NCBI GenBank assembly: GCA_000004985.1
Contig: GG738852.1
Source: Naegleria gruberi
Taxonomy: Eukaryota
Length of the DNA: 64,000 nt
Strand: one strand, 5' to 3'
Both the position numbers and the translations under genes were made by a program. Position 1 is the stretch's first letter, and each line of letters starts with the position of its first letter. The notes under the pieces are model-generated. The model ran no database searches, was not told the origin of the DNA, and worked only from the letters and a program-made list of their open reading frames with translations. Shown here one piece after another: positions 59,144-64,000 of this stretch.

Positions 59144-61148
59144 TTAAACATTTAGGTAAACATTACAAATCATAATCCAAACAGCTTGAATATCTTCAGG
59201 ATATGTGAAAACTTTGACTCGTAACCCAAACCTCACTCGGTCACCAATACATTCTAAAATGGATTTAAAGTTCTTATGTCTTTGACATGTATTGATAATT
59301 CGCTTAGCAGATGTATGGTTGACTTGGATTGGAAATGCTCTAAAAGTATGTTTTGGAGGAATTATATTCTTAATGACCTCATTGAATTCGTTCATTAATG
59401 TGTTACTTGATGAATTGCTAACATGTGAAATTTCGTATGCCTGCAATGAGGTTGAAAGAACATAACTCAAATTATCATCCCATGATGTATTTAATCCAAG
59501 ATCTTTTCTCAAATCTCCTATTGCTTTTTTGAGGGTAACTTCCAAATCTTTTTCAAGTTGTGTTGAGTTCATTCTTGGAGGGATGAACGTCACCGAGTCG
59601 AGCTTCTTTACCAGTGATAATTTCATTTGACTCATACTCTTCCACAATGTTTCATTTTCCAAATCAAAGGCACAATCACTCACGTTATCAGTCTTTTGAA
59701 TATTTGCATAATAGCTGTTGTGGTTGAAAACACAACCAACGGTAAGTAATTTGTGTTTGTCAGAATGATGTTCGAATCTCTGCCCTGTAATACTATTCCA
59801 GAATGTAATTTCATTGTCTTTTGATCTTGTCATGACCCAAATTTTGGCTCCTTTTTCATCTGTACCAACACAAACATATGCATCCAAACTGAACCCTAAA
59901 AATAAGGAACACAATAACAAGGCATGATTTTCCACATCTCCTTTTTTCTTTGCCAAGAAAGCATGAGGACTCCACCAAATTTCCTTACTATGGAAGTTTA
60001 GAATGAATCAGGCATTAAAAACTTACTTTGATGTTGCTCCAACAGCACTGTCACTATGTTCATACGCGAACAGAGAGACAAATCTAGCAGCCTCAGAAGG
60101 AGAATTTATCATTCTGTCCGCTCTTAGTGGCATTAAAAAGCTAACAACAGGAATGCTGCTTCCGTCCTCTGTCTCTGCGTAGAGTTTCACAATTCTTCTC
60201 TTATGAGAATCTCTAATCTGACTGAATTCTTCAAACCATTGTTTGCAATACATATAAAACTCTCTTTCTGCTTGTAGATCTCTATTTCTTTCGATACTCA
60301 ATTGTTGAGATATTTCGTTGGCCGTCACAAAAGAGTTTGGTCTAGGAAGTAATTCCAATCTGATTTCCAAAATACCTTTTGAAACTTTTGATTCTATTCC
60401 AGATCCACCTCCTAATTCTATTGTCATTAAAATTACTCCTTTCTTTAAAACTCTTCTCCATTCTAGTCTGTGACCACCAATGTATTTTGTTCTTCCTTCA
60501 CTGTCCACTGAAAGAATAATGATATCAATAGGAGTGCTAATTTGAAGAAGGGCTCCAACACCATCATCAGCATCCTCTTGTTGATCTGTGAATACATTTC
60601 TAATGTTTTCAATTTCCAAATCTATTATAAAATCTTCCTCAAAAATTGGATTGCAACAACAAGACACAGGTTGTGATACAAATCGTTGATCCTTATAATT
60701 TAAAAAGCAAATCATCTTTTCATCAGTTTTTACATTATCATCATATTCCATGAAAGCATTTCCTCCTAGTAATCTCATATGTAAGATTTTGTTTTTCTTT
60801 AAATCTTTCTTTGCGTTGAGTGCAACTGTTGAATCCTTATTAAATACTGAAGTTTTGTTTGTATGTGAATGCAGAGATTTGATAATTTCCTCAACAACTC
60901 CTCTTTCCTTAAGTGATTGAAGAACCTTTTAATACAAATCGTCACCACAATGAAGAAATAAATAACAGCAATTATTGTATGAAACCTACATGCTCTTCAG
61001 AGTGCACATCATCCGATCGAGTCGGATCCAAATTCAAGTAATCCGAGAGAATTTCTCTTATCTGATTGTATACATCTTTGGTTCTTAATTGTTGGTCAAT
61101 GATTCTTCTCAAGTCTTTGATTTGTTCTGGTGAGACTTGTTTAAACAT
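59144..61148 (-). CDS. CEP76: Centrosomal protein CEP76 homologue (~633 aa); 3 exons (61148..60990, 60925..60027, 59987..59144)
   Basis: Exon 1 reads 'MFKQVSPEQIKDLRRIIDQQLRTKDVYNQIREILSDYL...SEEH' with a gtaggt donor at 60989. The acceptor gtattaaaag is at 60927/60926. Exon 2 reads 'VLQSLKERGVVEEII...HMRLLGGNAFMEY...' (C2-like domain) and ends '...AVGATS' + AA with a gtaagt donor at 60026. The acceptor ttccatag is at 59989/59988. Exon 3 reads '(N)KEIWWSPHAFLAKKKGDVENHALLLCSLFLGFSLDAYVCVGT...VKVFTYPEDIQAVWIMICNVY' (transglutaminase-like domain). From memory, the human CEP76 blocks are 'ASELKQLIHQQLSKMDVHGRIREIL', 'YLYLQVLGGKAFLEH', 'HANLLCSLLLGYGLEAFVCVGT' and 'VRVFTYPESACAVWIM'. The colinear match is strong. 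Confidence 0.85.
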
Positions 61149-61549
61149 TTTTTTGTACTTGTTTTGGCGCCAAACAATTCCACTCAAATACAACATCTAG
61201 CTTTGATTTCATCATCAGTATACAATTAATTATTATTTAATTGCAATTTGAACTTAAGTTTAGATTAGGAAACTTCAAATCATAAAGAAATAATCGCACC
61301 CAGTATTCGGATCATAACCATCCAATTTTTCAAATCATGTTTTTTATTGTTTTGTACCACGCCAAGTTTCTACTATTTTAGTATGATTGTGGATGGTAAA
61401 GCATTAGGAAAGTGGACGTACTTTTATTTAACCCCTCCTTCAGCTATCCAGTGCCCATGTAACTTCTCAAATCTATGATACATTCCATAGAGCTTTTTTA
61501 AATCTCACACTCAACCCTTTTACAAAAAACATTTTGAAAAAAAAACAGT

Positions 61550-62803
61550 ATGAATAGTCGTTTCTTATTAACTATTGTTTTATTGAGTGTCTTTTTATTG
61601 GCATGTGGTATTAACCAAACACATGCAAGAAAGCTCCCAAGAGATTCACTTGTTTACTATGAAAAAGTTGGTAATCAACACAGAGATTCAGTCATTCAAA
61701 GATTGCGTCAATTGTTCAAGGAATTATCTGATCAACAACAACAAATTGAATTGTTAGCTGATAGTCAATCTGATGATGATTTCCCATGTCCATCTCCATA
61801 TGTTAGAAAAGATGAAGATGTTAATGGTTTTGTTGCCAAACTTCAATCTATCAAGTGTTTAGATGACAAGTTGGTTGAATTTGATACTTATATCAAATCA
61901 TCTGCTATTTTGTTTACTGTTAGTCAATCTATGAAGATTATTGAACAATTTAGCAAGATTTTGTTTGTTAAGAAGCATGTCACTACTCAATTGATTAGTC
62001 GCTTGTCAACTCTTACTGGAAGTGAAGCAGTTACTCTCTTGAAGACTGCATCTGATTCTACATTGGAAAGACTCAAGTTATTGGATAATGTTAAGACTAA
62101 CATTATTGATATTCAAACATCCAAGGCAACTATTGTTTCTTCTCTCTTTGACGCTGAAACCAAGACTAAAGCAACCGAAAGTTTGGATCAAGTCAAGTAT
62201 CACGATTGTGTTTTCGGTTCTATCAGCGGTGATAATATCTTGTTCACTATCGATACTAGTCCTTCCATGGATTACAAGATTGCTCCAGATTCCAAATTCT
62301 CTCGTTTGGATTTCGTCAAGAAACATTTCGAATTGGTTTTGAGAAAGTTGACTCCAAACCAAAAGTTCAACATTGACCTTTTCAATAAGGATGCTAAATT
62401 GTTATATTCTGAATTCATTCAAGCAACTCCTGAAAACATTGAAAAAGCAGTTCAATATGTCAAGAATTCCATCCAGACTAGTTCTTATACTAATTTGGAA
62501 GCTGCTATGCGTTCATCCTTCTCTGCATTCCAATCCAAAGATTCTGGATCTAAAGTCGTCTACTTGTTGAGTGATGGTGTCCCAACTGCTGGTGAACAAA
62601 ATCCACAAGCTTTGATTAGAATCATTGATCAATTATCTCACTATTCCAATGTTAAAGTCAACTCAATTTCTTTCAATATGGGTAATGAATATAATAATAA
62701 GCAATATCAAGAAACTGACTTGGATAAGAATAATGCTGCTTTGATTTTGAGTAAGGTTGCTGAAGTCACTGGTGGTGTTTTCAAGCGTATTCAACAACTT
62801 TAA
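61550..62803 (+). CDS. Secreted von Willebrand factor type-A (VWA) domain protein
   Basis: An N-terminal signal peptide is present ('MNSRFLLTIVLLSVFLLACGINQTHA'). The VWA domain has the MIDAS motif 'ILFTIDTSPSM', then '...KVVYLLSDGVPTAG'. The region before the VWA is helical. Confidence 0.7.
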   Translation: MNSRFLLTIVLLSVFLLACGINQTHARKLPRDSLVYYEKVGNQHRDSVIQRLRQLFKELSDQQQQIELLADSQSDDDFPCPSPYVRKDEDVNGFVAKLQSIKCLDDKLVEFDTYIKSSAILFTVSQSMKIIEQFSKILFVKKHVTTQLISRLSTLTGSEAVTLLKTASDSTLERLKLLDNVKTNIIDIQTSKATIVSSLFDAETKTKATESLDQVKYHDCVFGSISGDNILFTIDTSPSMDYKIAPDSKFSRLDFVKKHFELVLRKLTPNQKFNIDLFNKDAKLLYSEFIQATPENIEKAVQYVKNSIQTSSYTNLEAAMRSSFSAFQSKDSGSKVVYLLSDGVPTAGEQNPQALIRIIDQLSHYSNVKVNSISFNMGNEYNNKQYQETDLDKNNAALILSKVAEVTGGVFKRIQQL

Positions 62804-62871
62804 ACATTATGTGGAATAGATTAAGTAGATTGTGAAAATAAAGCAATTTAGTATTTACCACAACTTGAATG

Positions 62872-63990
62872 TTAATGTGTACACATGCGATTGTTCGTAA
62901 TCCTATCTGTTTTAAATTTGTTATAGTTTACCATGCACATGGAATAAACATAGTGTCCTTTCTTCTGGTTTTGGACCACTATATAAAAATAATCCTCAAC
63001 GTTTCCAATAACTTGTGTTTTGTTTCCAATCTTTTCCTTAATATTATCTTTAAGGGTATCTTCTAAAAAATACTTGATTGACCAATCGATATCTGAGTAT
63101 CTCCACGAATCGAAAACATTTGTAAAGCTTAAATATTCCCAGTAATCTGTTGCACTCAAATCATCAATATAATTAATAAGTCCATTTAAATAATTGTAAT
63201 AGTAGAAACTTGTTGAGAGTTTAAACTTCCTTCCTTGATCCATAAAAGTAACCTTATTTTGTAATTCACCAATTGTTACAAAATAGGTTGAACATGGATT
63301 ACTAATTCTTCTCACATCAATTTCCAACATGCCATCATATCCAATTCTTTTAGAAACTTTCCACATGATCGAGTAGGGATTATTATTTGTAATAAATTCC
63401 TCATTCTTCTTTGCTATTAAAACATAGAAAGTATCAATAAATAATTTACACTCAAAACCTGGATCCATATTTTCATAACACAATTTCAATTCATAGATTG
63501 AAAAGTTGCAATACTTTTCAGAATCAATCAGTGCTAGACCTTCTTTCATTAATGGTTTTGTAATATTTGTAATGTTTGCTGCAATCACTCTACTACCAAT
63601 TTTCCAATTATTGAAATGAATTGGAATTATTGGATAATTTCCATTCTTTGGAATGTTGTTATTATTGACATTTCCATCAAAAACAAATGAAATACGATAA
63701 TTATCTTCAAGTAATAATGAAACATAATCTCTAGTATTGAAAAGCAAGACATCCAAAGTGTTGCAATCCCAATCACAAGCTGTTATATAATGAGAGAGCC
63801 ATAGTGGTAAAGGATCTTGTAAATAGGTGCAATCTTCAAAACACTGTATGTCATCTTTCAAGTTATCAATGAATAGAAATTTCTTTACAATTCCATCATT
63901 ATTAGGTAATTTACCAAGTAAATAGAGTGAATAAATATAGCATTCACTGGTAGAATCTATTCTTAATTTGGATTTGTAATATTGTTGCAT
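62872..63990 (-). CDS. Hypothetical protein (372 aa listed; may extend upstream beyond the window end)
   Basis: A long minus-strand ORF. Its codon usage matches neighbouring genes. It has scattered Cys/aromatic-rich blocks ('CFEDCTYLQDPLPLWLSHYITACDWDCNTLDV'). No family recognised. The start at 63990 is only 10 bp from the window edge. Confidence 0.4.
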   Translation of the reverse strand: MQQYYKSKLRIDSTSECYIYSLYLLGKLPNNDGIVKKFLFIDNLKDDIQCFEDCTYLQDPLPLWLSHYITACDWDCNTLDVLLFNTRDYVSLLLEDNYRISFVFDGNVNNNNIPKNGNYPIIPIHFNNWKIGSRVIAANITNITKPLMKEGLALIDSEKYCNFSIYELKLCYENMDPGFECKLFIDTFYVLIAKKNEEFITNNNPYSIMWKVSKRIGYDGMLEIDVRRISNPCSTYFVTIGELQNKVTFMDQGRKFKLSTSFYYYNYLNGLINYIDDLSATDYWEYLSFTNVFDSWRYSDIDWSIKYFLEDTLKDNIKEKIGNKTQVIGNVEDYFYIVVQNQKKGHYVYSMCMVNYNKFKTDRITNNRMCTH

Positions 63991-64000
63991 TTGTGAATGA

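Noticed and set aside
60972-61196. Upstream extension 'MLYLSGIVWRQNKYKK' of the CEP76 first exon.
   Set aside because: It is in-frame but precedes the Met that matches the conserved CEP76 N-terminus (MFKQVSPEQIKDL...). It is likely 5' UTR read-through of the ORF finder.
1-64000. Possibility that the locus is from a ciliate with a reassigned genetic code, or from a prokaryote or phage (CRISPR, operons, defence islands).
   Set aside because: Long ORFs of 1.5-4.1 k codons terminate at TAA or TGA under the standard code, and the tRNA is standard. Spliceosomal introns are present, along with the eukaryote-specific products dynein, myosin II, IFT172 and CEP76. There are no direct-repeat/spacer arrays and no Shine-Dalgarno-spaced co-directional gene strings.

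Overview
This window is a gene-dense stretch of eukaryotic nuclear DNA, AT-rich and with no prokaryotic features (no operons, no CRISPR). I can support about 26 protein-coding genes plus one tRNA-Pro(UGG). Most genes are single-exon or carry 1-3 short spliceosomal introns of roughly 40-180 nt. Donors are GTATGT or GTAAGT, acceptors are YAG, and introns sit mostly near 5' ends. Many proteins carry Asn/Ser/Thr-rich low-complexity inserts encoded by (AAT)n/(ACT)n tracts. Several ORF-track 'M' starts are really TTG or GTG codons, so true starts and exon joins were re-derived from the DNA.

Products recognised by eye, not by database search:
- Cilium and centriole: IFT172 (5'-partial), a ~4,190-aa axonemal inner-arm-type dynein heavy chain, and CEP76.
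- Cytoskeleton and trafficking: myosin II heavy chain, a short major-vault-protein-like gene, and Golgi transport protein GOT1.
- Chromosome and ribosome biology: ESCO/Eco1 cohesin acetyltransferase and the PAK1IP1/MAK11 WD-repeat ribosome-biogenesis factor.
- Metabolism and regulation: a pyruvate-dehydrogenase E3-binding-protein-like E2 paralogue (DSR where E2 has DHR), a SAPS-like PP6 regulator and a NADAR (DUF1768) protein.
- Transcription and signalling: a TALE-class homeobox protein and a C2 + 3xWW protein with no HECT domain.
- Membrane and secreted: an ankyrin-repeat tail-anchored protein with three Cys-Pro motifs, a secreted VWA-domain protein, and a YeeE/YedE (bacterial-type sulfur-transporter) family membrane protein that now carries a spliceosomal intron.

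The set (cilium, myosin II, E3BP, vault protein, fungal-style GTATGT donors) suggests an AT-rich flagellated unicellular eukaryote, possibly an opisthokont-like or early-diverging lineage. I cannot name the organism from sequence alone.

Points worth a second look:
- The YeeE/YedE gene as a candidate ancient horizontal transfer.
- A 2.7-kb ORF-poor gap at 6090-8766 in an otherwise compact locus.
- Two genes whose reading frame is broken inside low-complexity tracts (20476-23864 and 45193-46595).
- The HECT-less C2-WW protein.
- The Cys-Pro-motif ankyrin protein.
- The clustering of IFT172, axonemal dynein and CEP76 in one 64-kb window.
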